Positions 21,659 through 31,289 of a stretch of DNA of 64,000 bases are shown piece after piece. The position numbers were made by a program, and so were the translations under genes. The stretch is from the NCBI GenBank assembly GCA_963701025.1, contig OY969557.1, forward strand, positions 442,042-506,041, read 5' to 3'. Within the stretch, counting starts at the first letter, position 1; the number at the start of each line of letters is the position of its first letter. The notes beneath the pieces are model-generated. The model had not been told where the DNA came from. It worked only from the letters and a program-made list of their open reading frames with translations, and made no database searches. The DNA comes from an uncultured bacterium (lineage in GTDB: Bacteria; Patescibacteriota; Minisyncoccia; Phycocordibacterales; PALSA-1337).

Positions 21659-22783
21659 TTAGACCAGGAAATCCTTGATGGTACTCTTGTTCACTACGCT
21701 ATACGAGGCCTTATATCTCTCTATGAACTCCCCGGGCGGCTTGGTCTTGGATTCCGACCACTTGAATTCAAAGCCGGATATGGAGCCGCCGCTTTCTTCG
21801 ACATAATCGACTTCCGCCCCGCGCCTATTGCGCCAAAAGAATTGGCCGACTCGCTTCATGCCGTATTCCAAGGCCTTTTTCCGTTCGATTATGCAGAAAT
21901 TCTCCCATAGGGCACCTATATCGTCGCGCCGGGCGAGCGGCATGAGCCTGCTGATGACGCTATTGCGGATGCCCAGATCGTAGAAATATATCTTGTTCTT
22001 CCTGCCGATCTCGTTGCGGGGATTGCGCGACAGAGGATATAGCGTGAAGATGACGAATGACTTTTCCAGAAGATCGATATATCGGGCGACGGTTTTTCTG
22101 CTCGTTTCCAATCTTACGGCAAGCTCATTCATGGATACTTCCCTGCCGACTTGCAAGGCTAGAAGCTGTAAAAGATTGGTCAATAATTTAGGCTTCTTGA
22201 TTTCTTCAAATTCGAAGATATCCTTGAAGAGATAATTGGAAGCCAGATTATTCAGGAATACGTCAGCCGAGACGAAATCATTCTTGACTACCTCAGGATA
22301 GGAGCCGTAGACCAGCAGGGAATCGAGACGCGCCGATGAAAGCCATTCGGGAGATTCTCCGCACATTTCCTCATATGAGATCGGATACAATCTGAATTCG
22401 ACGGATCGGCCCGTAAGGGGCTCGTTGAGCTTGTTCGATAGATCAAAACTGGAGGAGCCTGTGGCGACAATCTGGATATCCGGATAAGTATCGACGAGCA
22501 ACTTCAGAGCTAGACCTATATTATCCACTTTTTGGGCTTCATCGAAGACGAAAAAATTTCCGTCGCCGAGGAATGACTTGAGCTTTGCGGGATTCTGGAC
22601 TTCCAAGGCCTGGCGATTCTCGATGATCTCGCAATTGATATAGCTCTTTTCATTTCCATACTCATCGACAAGTTCTTTGACCAAGGTAGTCTTGCCGACT
22701 TGCCGCGGTCCATAAACGATGACTACTTTTCCCTTGAAAAGCCATTTCTCTATATTTGCCCTTATTTTCCTGGGTATTTGCAT
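21659..22783 (-). CDS. AAA+ ATPase (AAA_14 + DUF4143-type)
   Basis: GPRQVGKTT, DEAQK, TGSSS, EPLTGR, YFYDLGIRN, EVDYV..FEFK. Confidence 0.92.
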   Translation of the reverse strand: MQIPRKIRANIEKWLFKGKVVIVYGPRQVGKTTLVKELVDEYGNEKSYINCEIIENRQALEVQNPAKLKSFLGDGNFFVFDEAQKVDNIGLALKLLVDTYPDIQIVATGSSSFDLSNKLNEPLTGRSVEFRLYPISYEEMCGESPEWLSSARLDSLLVYGSYPEVVKNDFVSADVFLNNLASNYLFKDIFEFEEIKKPKLLTNLLQLLALQVGREVSMNELAVRLETSRKTVARYIDLLEKSFVIFTLYPLSRNPRNEIGRKNKIYFYDLGIRNSVISRLMPLARRDDIGALWENFCIIERKKALEYGMKRVGQFFWRNRRGAEVDYVEESGGSISGFEFKWSESKTKPPGEFIERYKASYSVVNKSTIKDFLV

Positions 22784-22895
22784 AATATGTCATCAAAGGT
22801 ACATTATAAGTGTACTTATTGCACCTTTGGGTACATTTTACTCAAAAAAGAGACTCTGTCAAGAGGATACTAGGTAAAATTAATGTACAAAAGTG

Positions 22896-24110
22896 TTACG
22901 ACGTCGACGACGCAATGCTGTATATGGGGATAAGCACGGAAGCCAGCAATATGGCCACGCCGCCGCCCAATAGGACGATCATGGCAGGTTCGATCAAGGA
23001 AACGAGGGACTCGACGGCATTTTCCACTTCCCTGCTGTAAAAGTGCGCCACGGTCTTCAAGATGCTACCGGATTCGCCGGTCTCTTCGCCGACTTTCATC
23101 ATCTGGACCATGATGCCGGGCAACTCGCGCGGATTGTTGGACAAGGAATCGGACAAGGTCTTGCCGCCTTTCACCGCTTCGACGGCCTGGGTCAGGATGT
23201 CCTGATAGACGCGGTTGTCTATGACGTGCGAAGTGAGCTCGAGGGCCCGGACCATGGGGATGCCGGACGAGAGCATGGTGGACATGTTGTCGGACAGGCG
23301 GGACAGGTAGAGCTTTTTATACAGAGAGCTGATATAAGGGATATCGAGCTTGAAACGGTCGAAAGCGATGCGACCGGCGGGCGTGCGGATGAAACGGACG
23401 AGAAAGAAGCCGGCTACGATGAGCACGGCCAAGAGGACGAAGCCGTCGTTGACCAGAAAAGCACTGATGCCCATGATGACACGAGTGTAAGACGGGATGT
23501 CGCCGCCATTCTCTAGCAGGATAGAGCTGATGTTCGGGATGACCATGGTGAACATCAGGATCATGACCACCACGAAGGTGACGACGATGAAAGCCGGGTA
23601 TATGAGGGCGCTTTTGACCTTGGACGAGAGCTCATAGGCGCGGTCGAGGTAGTCGGCCAGGTATTGGAAAGTCTCGTCGAGCTTGCCGGATTCCTCGCCG
23701 GCCTTGACCATGGAGACGTAGAATTCGGAGAAGACCTTTGGATGTTTGGATAGGGCGGCGGATATGGAATTGCCGGCTTGGAGATCGTCGGCGATGGCCA
23801 GAAGCTTTTTGCCGAGGACGGCGTTCTCGGTCTCACTGCCGAGGAGCCGGAAGACGCGCAAGGCTGAGACTTGGGCCTCGAAGAGGGTGGAGAGCTGGCG
23901 GGACAGTATGACCACGTCCTTGGTCGATACGCGATCGAAGATGGCGATATTGCGGGACAGGATCGACGAGGAAGCATCGGCTTCCTTGATGGACGTCAAG
24001 ACCAGGCCGCGCCGTTGGAGAGACGATATGGCGACGTCGGTATTGATGGCATCGATGGAGCCGGTCTTTTTGGCGCCAGTATCGTCGACGGCTTCGTAGT
24101 TAAACAACAT
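22896..24110 (-). CDS. pilC: Type IV pilus platform protein (T2SS F family)
   Basis: SRQLSTL, AGEESGKLD, KSALIYP, SLIEPAMI. Confidence 0.95.
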   Translation of the reverse strand: MLFNYEAVDDTGAKKTGSIDAINTDVAISSLQRRGLVLTSIKEADASSSILSRNIAIFDRVSTKDVVILSRQLSTLFEAQVSALRVFRLLGSETENAVLGKKLLAIADDLQAGNSISAALSKHPKVFSEFYVSMVKAGEESGKLDETFQYLADYLDRAYELSSKVKSALIYPAFIVVTFVVVMILMFTMVIPNISSILLENGGDIPSYTRVIMGISAFLVNDGFVLLAVLIVAGFFLVRFIRTPAGRIAFDRFKLDIPYISSLYKKLYLSRLSDNMSTMLSSGIPMVRALELTSHVIDNRVYQDILTQAVEAVKGGKTLSDSLSNNPRELPGIMVQMMKVGEETGESGSILKTVAHFYSREVENAVESLVSLIEPAMIVLLGGGVAILLASVLIPIYSIASSTS

Positions 24111-24140
24111 AGGATTATTATAGCAGAGGCGATAGGTTGT

Positions 24141-25199
24141 CTATAGCATCCGTTCTAGATTCTTCGGATTGAGTGAGTTCAGATACGCACTTTCCACTGT
24201 GATCTCTCCCGCCCTGACGAGCTCGGCCAATGACCTGTTGAGGTCAACCATGCCTTCCTGGGAGCTGGTCTCGATGACGGTATTGATCTCGTGGGTGCGC
24301 TTCTCGCGGATGAGATTGGAGACGGCGCTGTTGTTGATCAGAAGCTCATAGGCTGGCACGAGGCCGCCGGATATGCGCGGGATGAGGCGCTGGGAGAATA
24401 TGCCGGTGAGGGACCCGGCGAGCTGTATCCTGATCTGGTCCTGCTGGGTGGACGGGAATGAGTCTATGATGCGGTCGATGGTCTGGGCGGCGTTGTTGGT
24501 ATGGAGGGTGGAAAAGATGAGATGACCGGTCTCGGCGGCGGTCACGGCCGTGGCGATGGTCTCGATATTGCGCATCTCGCCGACCATGCAGACGTCGATG
24601 TCCTCGCGGAACATGGCGTTCAAGGCGTTGGCGAAGTCCGGCGTGTCGATCCTGACCTCGCGCTGGTCTATGATAGACTTTCTGGACTCAAAGAGATATT
24701 CTATCGGGTCTTCGATGGTCAGGATGTGCTCGGTCCGGGTCTGGTTGATCATGTCGACCATGGTGGCGAGGGTGGTCGTCTTGCCTTGGCCGATCGGGCC
24801 CACCACCAGAAAGAATCCCTGCGGCTTGCGGGTGAAGGTCTCGAGGATAGGCGGCAAGTTGAGCTCGGCCAAGGTCCGGATGGCCTTGGGAATGAGACGC
24901 AGAGCGATGGCGAGCGAACCTTGGCGATGGTAGGCGTTGCCGCGGAAGCGGGCATTGGTCAGATTGTATGAAAAGTCGACGTCGCGGTTCTTCTCGAGGA
25001 GCTCCTTGTTGGCCGGGGAGAGGAATATCGTCAGGAACCCCTTCATGTCCGCGTCGGAGAGCACGGGCCGCTTGACCAGCGGTATCAGGTTGCCAGAAGA
25101 GCGGATGATAGGCGCGCGTCCGGCGGAGAGGTGCAGGTCGGACGCTCCTTCCTTCAGGATGAGGTCCGTCAATGCTTCGATTTCTTTTTTGTAGTCCAT
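24141..25199 (-). CDS. pilT: Type IV pilus retraction ATPase
   Basis: ASDLHL, GPIGQGKTTT, TIEDPIEY, GEMR, AAETGHLIFSTLHTN. Confidence 0.95.
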   Translation of the reverse strand: MDYKKEIEALTDLILKEGASDLHLSAGRAPIIRSSGNLIPLVKRPVLSDADMKGFLTIFLSPANKELLEKNRDVDFSYNLTNARFRGNAYHRQGSLAIALRLIPKAIRTLAELNLPPILETFTRKPQGFFLVVGPIGQGKTTTLATMVDMINQTRTEHILTIEDPIEYLFESRKSIIDQREVRIDTPDFANALNAMFREDIDVCMVGEMRNIETIATAVTAAETGHLIFSTLHTNNAAQTIDRIIDSFPSTQQDQIRIQLAGSLTGIFSQRLIPRISGGLVPAYELLINNSAVSNLIREKRTHEINTVIETSSQEGMVDLNRSLAELVRAGEITVESAYLNSLNPKNLERML

Positions 25200-25251
25200 G
25201 TCTTGAAAATTTCTAATTTCCGCCAGCTGGCGGACTAATTGACCTAATTCC

Positions 25252-25650
25252 CTAAGCCTTCTTCGATGCAGTTATACTCTCCACTTCCGCCAGGACCTCT
25301 GACGGTATGGTCGTGGCCTTGACGATATATCCGTCCACGTCGAGCTTATGCGAACGAGCCACGTCGTCGGACGATCCCTGATTTGTGAGCATGATGACGA
25401 TCGCGGCGGGAGCCAGCTTCTCGGCGCGGACAGTGGAAACAAACTCCAGGCCGTCTATGCCCGGCATGACGATGTCGACCAGCATGATGTCGGGAACGTA
25501 TCCGTCGCGGACGAGCTTTAGCCCCGCATCGGTGGAATCGGCGGTCTTGACATCATAGCCAGACTTGCGAAATTTTATGGCGTACATGTCTAGAAGGAAC
25601 GTGTCGTCGTCGAGAAGGAGGATCTTTTTTGGTGATGTGGGATCGGACAT
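25252..25650 (-). CDS. Stand-alone response regulator (receiver domain)
   Basis: LLLDDD, DIVMPGIDG, MLTN, YIVK. Confidence 0.93.
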   Translation of the reverse strand: MSDPTSPKKILLLDDDTFLLDMYAIKFRKSGYDVKTADSTDAGLKLVRDGYVPDIMLVDIVMPGIDGLEFVSTVRAEKLAPAAIVIMLTNQGSSDDVARSHKLDVDGYIVKATTIPSEVLAEVESITASKKA

Positions 25651-25662
25651 GGCTCAAGTATA

Positions 25663-27424
25663 CTACAATTTGTTCACTTCCTCAAAAGGAATGGTCTTCT
25701 GGAATGCTTTGATGATGGCGTCTTCCTTGAGGGTGAGCATGCCCTTGCCGCGGGCGATCTTGAGGATCTCCGATTCTACCGGATTGGTCAGGATGGCGTG
25801 CTCGATATCCTTGTCCATAGTGAACATCTCGAAGACGGCCATGCGGCCGCGGGTACCTTTGGGACAGTCCGGAGTGGGCTTCACTTTCATGACCGTGTCT
25901 GCGAACGGTATGTCCTTCTTGTATTGAGCGGGAAGGTCGGCGAAAGACCGGTCGATGAAGGCTTTCATGCTGCCGTCGACCGGCACCTGTTCGCCGCCGC
26001 CGGGGACGAGGATGCCGACCAGGCGTTGGGCTACTGCGAGGATGAGAGTCGGGGCGATGAGGTATGGGTCGACGCCCATGTCGATCAAGCGTGGGATGAC
26101 GCCTGCCGCGTCGTTGGTGTGCAGGGTGGAGAAGCACAAGGTGGCCGGTCAAGGCGGCCTGGACGGCGAGCTGGGCGGTCTCTTTATCGCGGATCTCACC
26201 CACCATGATGATATCCGGGTCCTGGCGCAAAGTCGTGCGCAAGCCGGTATCGAACGTGTAGCCGATCTCCGGTCTGACTTGGGACTGGCTGACGCCTTCT
26301 ATGGTGTATTCGACCGGATCCTCCAGCGACAGGACGTTGTAGCTCTCGCGGTCCATTTCCGAGAGCAAGGAATAGAGGGTCGTGGATTTTCCGGAGCCTG
26401 TGGGCCCCGTGATGAGGATCATGCCGTAAGGCTTGTTGATGGCCTCGCGGAGCATGGCCAGATTCTTCGGCGACATGGCCAGCTGATCCACGGTGCGGAC
26501 TCCTTTGGCCTGATCCAATATGCGCATCTCGACCTTCTCGCCGTAGTACGAGGGAAATGTAGACACGCGGAAGTCGATACGACGGCCGTCGATCCTGGCG
26601 GAGAAGCGTCCGTCTTGAGGCTTGCGCTTCTCGTCCAAGCGCATGGACGAGAGGACTTTGATGCGGGCGACTACGGCGGAATGGACTTGCGGCGGCAAGA
26701 CGAGCGACGTGTTCAGGATGCCGTCGACGCGGAAGCGGACGCGGACTTTGTCCCGCATGTGCTCGATATGAACATCGGAGGCCTCCCCCTCCACGGCATA
26801 GCGGACGATTGTGGCGACGATCTTTACCACCGGAGCGTCCTCGATGATGAGGGACTCGTCGCCGGCGGCATTGCCCGCGGCATCCGTCTTGCTTTTCACG
26901 CCCCTACCGCCTTTTGCCTGGGCCATGTCTTCCCTTTTCAAGCTGTCGGTATCGACTGAAAGCTCCGTTTCGAGCTCCGAGAGGGCCTGGGTCACTTCGC
27001 CGGTCATGCCTTTGTACATCTCTATGACCTTGTTGAAATCGTCGAGAGTGATGAGGAACATCTTGTACGGGATATTCTTCTTGGCCGCCACGAAATTGAT
27101 GGCGTCGCGCGCCTCCATGTTGTCCGGATCGACGATGCCGACTTCGAGGACTCCGTCCTTGAGGCCGACCGGCGCGAAACGGTAGTGGACGGCAGATTCT
27201 TCCGGTATATAGTCGAGGGCCTCGAAGGGTATGGGAGACTCGGCGATGGACCGTATGGGCATGTTCAAAAATTCGCCTCGGGCGGCGAGTATATCGTCCG
27301 GCTTGACGCCGCGGGCGATCAGAGCCTCGTCGAGCGAAGCGCCGGAACCGGTCTGCGCTCGGATGGCGCGGATGTCATCCTTGGCAATAAGGTTCTTCTT
27401 GAGGAGGATGTCTATGACGCTCAT
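25663..27424 (-). CDS. pilB: Type IV pilus assembly ATPase (GspE/PilB), with a frameshift near 26135
   Basis: [38 protein letters not shown]; continues as FSTLHTND in the adjacent frame. Confidence 0.95.
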
Positions 27425-27502
27425 GGTGAGGGTATATGGTTCAGGGTATAGGGTTCAGGGTATAGGGTTAGCGGTTTGCTATACCCTCCACCCTATACCC
27501 TT

Positions 27503-27829
27503 TTAAGGGGATTTGAAGCCGGGCAGAGGAGCGAACGGATTTGGGCGGCCGACATTGACCGGAGGGATGGCTACCGAATAATCGCGCAGAGTCAGATAGC
27601 CTGGATCGGAGAAGATGGATGTGTCGATCTTGAGTGACTGGATCTGATTGAGTAGAGTCAGGACTTGGGCGCCGACATCGGAGCCGGAAGTATTCCCGGC
27701 GGAAGTCTGGACCAGGCCGGAAGAGGCCGGGGTCGTGCCGCCATAGAAATAGAAGTAACCGATGCCGGCCACGACTATGATGATCGTGACCCAGATCCAT
27801 GTCCTATGCGGTGTTGATTGAGTGTTCAT
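27503..27829 (-). CDS. Small pilus-cluster membrane protein (PilP position)
   Basis: N-terminal TM; C-terminal VGRPNPFAP; follows pilO. Confidence 0.75.
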   Translation of the reverse strand: MNTQSTPHRTWIWVTIIIVVAGIGYFYFYGGTTPASSGLVQTSAGNTSGSDVGAQVLTLLNQIQSLKIDTSIFSDPGYLTLRDYSVAIPPVNVGRPNPFAPLPGFKSP

Positions 27830-27836
27830 GGTGATA

Positions 27837-28442
27837 TCATTGGCGGAGCCAATAGGTGGAAAGCTGGACGGTGTAATCATACGTTCCGGTATCGTTGGCG
27901 GAAAGGGTCAGATGGGTGACATCCATGATGCGCAGGCTCGCTTCCAGATCCTGGAGGAAGCTCGTGAACTGGTTGTACGGGGCGCTCGCCGAAAACGAGA
28001 CAGTGACTGTGTCCAAGGTCGGCGCGGATATCGATAGGGCCGACGAACCGACGCCCGAGAGAGCCGCTTGTGTGCTCTGCGCGGATGACGGCCCGGACGA
28101 AGGAGACGAGTTGGAGCCGGTATCGGTCGTGGCGGTGATATTCTTCAAGGAGAAGCCGTGCTGGAGAGCTACGCTGTTCAAGTCTATGATCAGGCGGATA
28201 TTGTCGACGGTATCCGGTATCATCTTGTCGATGCGATCGCGGTCGTTGGCCGATATGTTGTTGTATGACTTGAGGACTTGGTCGCGCACGGCGATGAGCT
28301 TGACGGCATTGTCGATGGCGGACGCATAGGTATCGTTCACGGCCTTGACCGAAGAGGCGTCGGCCCAGACGCCGCGGGTATACGTGGCGTATATGCCGAT
28401 AGCTAGGACGATCAGGATTGTGGCGGTGACGTTGCGGTTCAT
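27837..28442 (-). CDS. pilO: PilO-like protein
   Basis: N-terminal TM, coiled coil, Y..F.SFLQDLEASLRIMDV. Confidence 0.8.
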   Translation of the reverse strand: MNRNVTATILIVLAIGIYATYTRGVWADASSVKAVNDTYASAIDNAVKLIAVRDQVLKSYNNISANDRDRIDKMIPDTVDNIRLIIDLNSVALQHGFSLKNITATTDTGSNSSPSSGPSSAQSTQAALSGVGSSALSISAPTLDTVTVSFSASAPYNQFTSFLQDLEASLRIMDVTHLTLSANDTGTYDYTVQLSTYWLRQ

Positions 28443-28451
28443 GGTGGTTGG

Positions 28452-29120
28452 TTATGGAGTACTCGTCGATCGTGGCGTGCCGGTCGCGGCGGTGGACGGG
28501 GCGACGGACTTTTCATACGAAAGGCTCGCCGGGTCTATCGTAGCGGTGAAGCCGAATGAGACGGCGCCATTCGATCCAAGAGCCGGATTGGACAGGATAG
28601 GATTCTTGACGATCGAGCGCAGACCATACTGGTCGAGCTGATTCAGGACGTCGGACTGGAAAGCCACGGCGCTGAAGCTCGTGCCGTATCCCTGCATGCC
28701 GACCGTTATTCCTCCGCCCGGAGTCTTAGGCGCGGACACGTCCATGCTCATAAAGCGGACGTCTTCGGTCGTAAGGGTTGAGATGATGGGAAATATCTGA
28801 GACAAGGCGAGGTGATTCCTGATGAGCTGTTGCGCCAAGTCTATCTTCTCGCTCTCGCCTTTGAGCTGGGCGATCAAGTCCACGTTGAACTGCTGTTCCC
28901 TGGCGGCCAGGTCTTTCTGGTATGAATCCTGGGCCGAGATCAGATACTGTTTCCATGCGTAGACAGCCCCGGCGGCGACGAGAGACAGGATGAAGATGAC
29001 CGTGCCAAGCGTCATGAATATGCTCGCGCCGTGATGATGCTTCGGCGCGGAAGACGCTCCGCCGATCGTCGAGGCGACGGGCTTCTTGGGAATGAAGGAG
29101 GTTTGGAATCTGGTTTCCAT
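28452..29120 (-). CDS. PilN-like protein
   Basis: QTSFIPKK N-terminus, TM, coiled coil; between pilM and pilO. Confidence 0.75.
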   Translation of the reverse strand: METRFQTSFIPKKPVASTIGGASSAPKHHHGASIFMTLGTVIFILSLVAAGAVYAWKQYLISAQDSYQKDLAAREQQFNVDLIAQLKGESEKIDLAQQLIRNHLALSQIFPIISTLTTEDVRFMSMDVSAPKTPGGGITVGMQGYGTSFSAVAFQSDVLNQLDQYGLRSIVKNPILSNPALGSNGAVSFGFTATIDPASLSYEKSVAPSTAATGTPRSTSTP

Positions 29121-29142
29121 GTTTCCCTGGAATTATAGTATG

Positions 29143-30252
29143 CTATTCCAATTCAGACAAGCGGCGCAAGGCGACGCCGATGGCCACGGCGAACTCCGGC
29201 CCGGCCGTGGCGAATTCGTCGGCCAGGAAGGCAGGCGTCTCCAGCTTGCCGAAGGGATCAGCGTAGACGACGTCCGTCTGGAAGCTCACCTTGGCCAAGT
29301 CGGTGAAGCCTTTGAGGAGCACTCCGCCGCCGACGAGGACGACTTTGCCGATGTTCTTCTGGTACTTCTTCTGATAATTGAGCAAGGCGGCGTTGGCCTC
29401 GTAGAATATGTAGTCCAGATTGACGGTGATGATCTCGATCGACTCTTTGTACTCCGGGCCACCTTTCAAGCCGAACGAGCGTTTCATGGTCTCGGCGTCG
29501 CCGACCGATATGCTCAAAGTCTTGGACAAAGCGAGGGTGATGTCTTGGCTGCCTTTGTTGATGGTATGAGCCGCGCGCAGTATGCCGCGCTCGATGATGT
29601 AGAGCTTGGTCGAGCGCGCGCCGAAATCGATGATCATGTTTGTGGCGAGGCCCTGGTCGATGACGGCACGGATGGCGCTGAATATCTCTATCTCGTAGAA
29701 GCTAGGGCTGAGGCCGCTCCCTGTCATGATGGCCTGGTAATTGGCTATGTATTCGTTGTGGATGGCGACGACCAGGACGTCGGAACCGGCCTTCTCCGTC
29801 TTCGAAGCGTCGTCGCTGGTGACGTAGGATTCTTCTTTGGGGATGATGGACCAGTCGAGAAGGACTTCGTTGAGCGGGACGGGAATGTATTTGCGCGCTT
29901 CGATGGCCACCACGTCGCCGATCTGCTTTTCCGGCACCGGCGGCACAGAGATGAAGGTGATGAGCGATGATGAGAGAGGCAATGCCGTTCCGCAGGCGGT
30001 GGTGGTCGTCTTCGCTTCGCGGAGGATGTCTTTGATCGCTTCGATCGTCTTGTCGGCGGACAGCGAGACGGCCCGGCCGATCTCGATACCGGCGTAAGGT
30101 CCCAAAGCCAATTCCCCGTATGTCTCGAGGACAGCCCTACCACGTTTCTTCTTGATCTGGACGACTTTGATGGCCGACGAGCCGATGTCGAGGCCCAGGA
30201 TGCTGGTCTCTTTCTTTAAAAACGAGGTGAAAAACGAGCCGATGGATGCCAT
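29143..30252 (-). CDS. pilM: Type IV pilus assembly protein PilM
   Basis: LGLDIGSSAIKVVQ, EARKYIPVP, IDFGARST, AVAIGVALR. Confidence 0.95.
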   Translation of the reverse strand: MASIGSFFTSFLKKETSILGLDIGSSAIKVVQIKKKRGRAVLETYGELALGPYAGIEIGRAVSLSADKTIEAIKDILREAKTTTTACGTALPLSSSLITFISVPPVPEKQIGDVVAIEARKYIPVPLNEVLLDWSIIPKEESYVTSDDASKTEKAGSDVLVVAIHNEYIANYQAIMTGSGLSPSFYEIEIFSAIRAVIDQGLATNMIIDFGARSTKLYIIERGILRAAHTINKGSQDITLALSKTLSISVGDAETMKRSFGLKGGPEYKESIEIITVNLDYIFYEANAALLNYQKKYQKNIGKVVLVGGGVLLKGFTDLAKVSFQTDVVYADPFGKLETPAFLADEFATAGPEFAVAIGVALRRLSELE

Positions 30253-30258
30253 GATGAC

Positions 30259-30341
30259 ATTATATAGGCAAGCGAGGACGCATGCCAACTGGTTAACATA
30301 GCGTACGAGCGAAGACTATATATGAGCGGAGCGGTTATATA
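30259..30341. promoter_or_regulatory. 83-bp hairpin/promoter module, copy 1 (pilM/comF divergent region)
   Basis: About 10 mismatches in 83 bp versus 44384-44466; supplies TATAAT 6 nt before the pilM ATG. Confidence 0.8.
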
Positions 30342-30355
30342 GTACAATTGCGGGC

Positions 30356-31087
30356 ATGTCCTTGTTGAAAACAATCGCCGCAACCTTCACTGAAGCCCTT
30401 TTCCCTGTCCCGGCCGCGGAGCGGGAGGTTATGGCCCTGGGCGGTCAAACGGCGTTCACCGCCTTGCCGCGGGCCGCCCGTTCTCCGGTGCCGGAAGCCT
30501 GTTCGGTCTTCTCGTACAAGGACGAACGGGCCTGGCGCCTCATTTGGAGCGTTAAATACAAGAAGTCCGCCGAGGGGACGGCCATCGCCGGATATGCCCT
30601 CTATCAGGCGGTACGGCTTTTCTCCCGAGCGCTCGAAAATGATGACGGAGCCCTGTCGCGGATCGTCATCGTGCCAATGCCCATGACCGCCCGTCGTCGG
30701 CGCGAGCGCGGCTTCAATCAGTGCGAGCTCATGGCTGATGAGATGGAGAGGCTTGATGCGATTGGTGGACTCGATGCGCCAAAAAATGCCGGCGCGAGAT
30801 TGGTCGTGGCTCGCGATCTGTTAGTCAGAAAAGTGCATACGTCGCGGCAGACTTTGAAGGATCGGGTGGAGCGCCTGGAAAGCGCCAAGGATATCTTCGC
30901 CGTCAATGAAGAAGCGGCGCGAAGATTTATGAATGAGGATTTAGGATTTAAGAAAGAAGACAGGAAAGCGGCGATGATCATCGTCATCGATGATGTCATC
31001 ACCACCGGCGGGACCATGAGAGATGCCGTTGGCACTTTACGCAAGGCGGGATTCGAGAATGCATGGGGACTTTCGGTGGCACATTAG
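30356..31087 (+). CDS. comF: ComF family competence protein
   Basis: VPMP..RRRRERGFNQ, IDDVITTGGTM, VAH end. Confidence 0.9.
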   Translation: MSLLKTIAATFTEALFPVPAAEREVMALGGQTAFTALPRAARSPVPEACSVFSYKDERAWRLIWSVKYKKSAEGTAIAGYALYQAVRLFSRALENDDGALSRIVIVPMPMTARRRRERGFNQCELMADEMERLDAIGGLDAPKNAGARLVVARDLLVRKVHTSRQTLKDRVERLESAKDIFAVNEEAARRFMNEDLGFKKEDRKAAMIIVIDDVITTGGTMRDAVGTLRKAGFENAWGLSVAH

Positions 31088-31289
31088 TGAGGTTCGGTTA
31101 TGGCGATTTAATGGAGGGTGAGCGCTTCTCTTTTTCCTATCTTTTTCTAATTGGGAATTAAGGTTATTTTTTCAACAGGAATAAGCCATATTATCAAAGC
31201 TGAAGAGCCTTAATTCTCATTTAGAAAAACATACCCTTCCAAGCATCCCGCACCCCCCAGAAACGACTTAAATCTCGAAAGCGTGTCTG

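Noticed and set aside
25955-29970. Long antisense ORFs (e.g. 25955..26959, 29086..29970; also 59112..60032)
   Set aside because: They are shadows of GC3-rich genes on the opposite strand and have no recognisable motifs.
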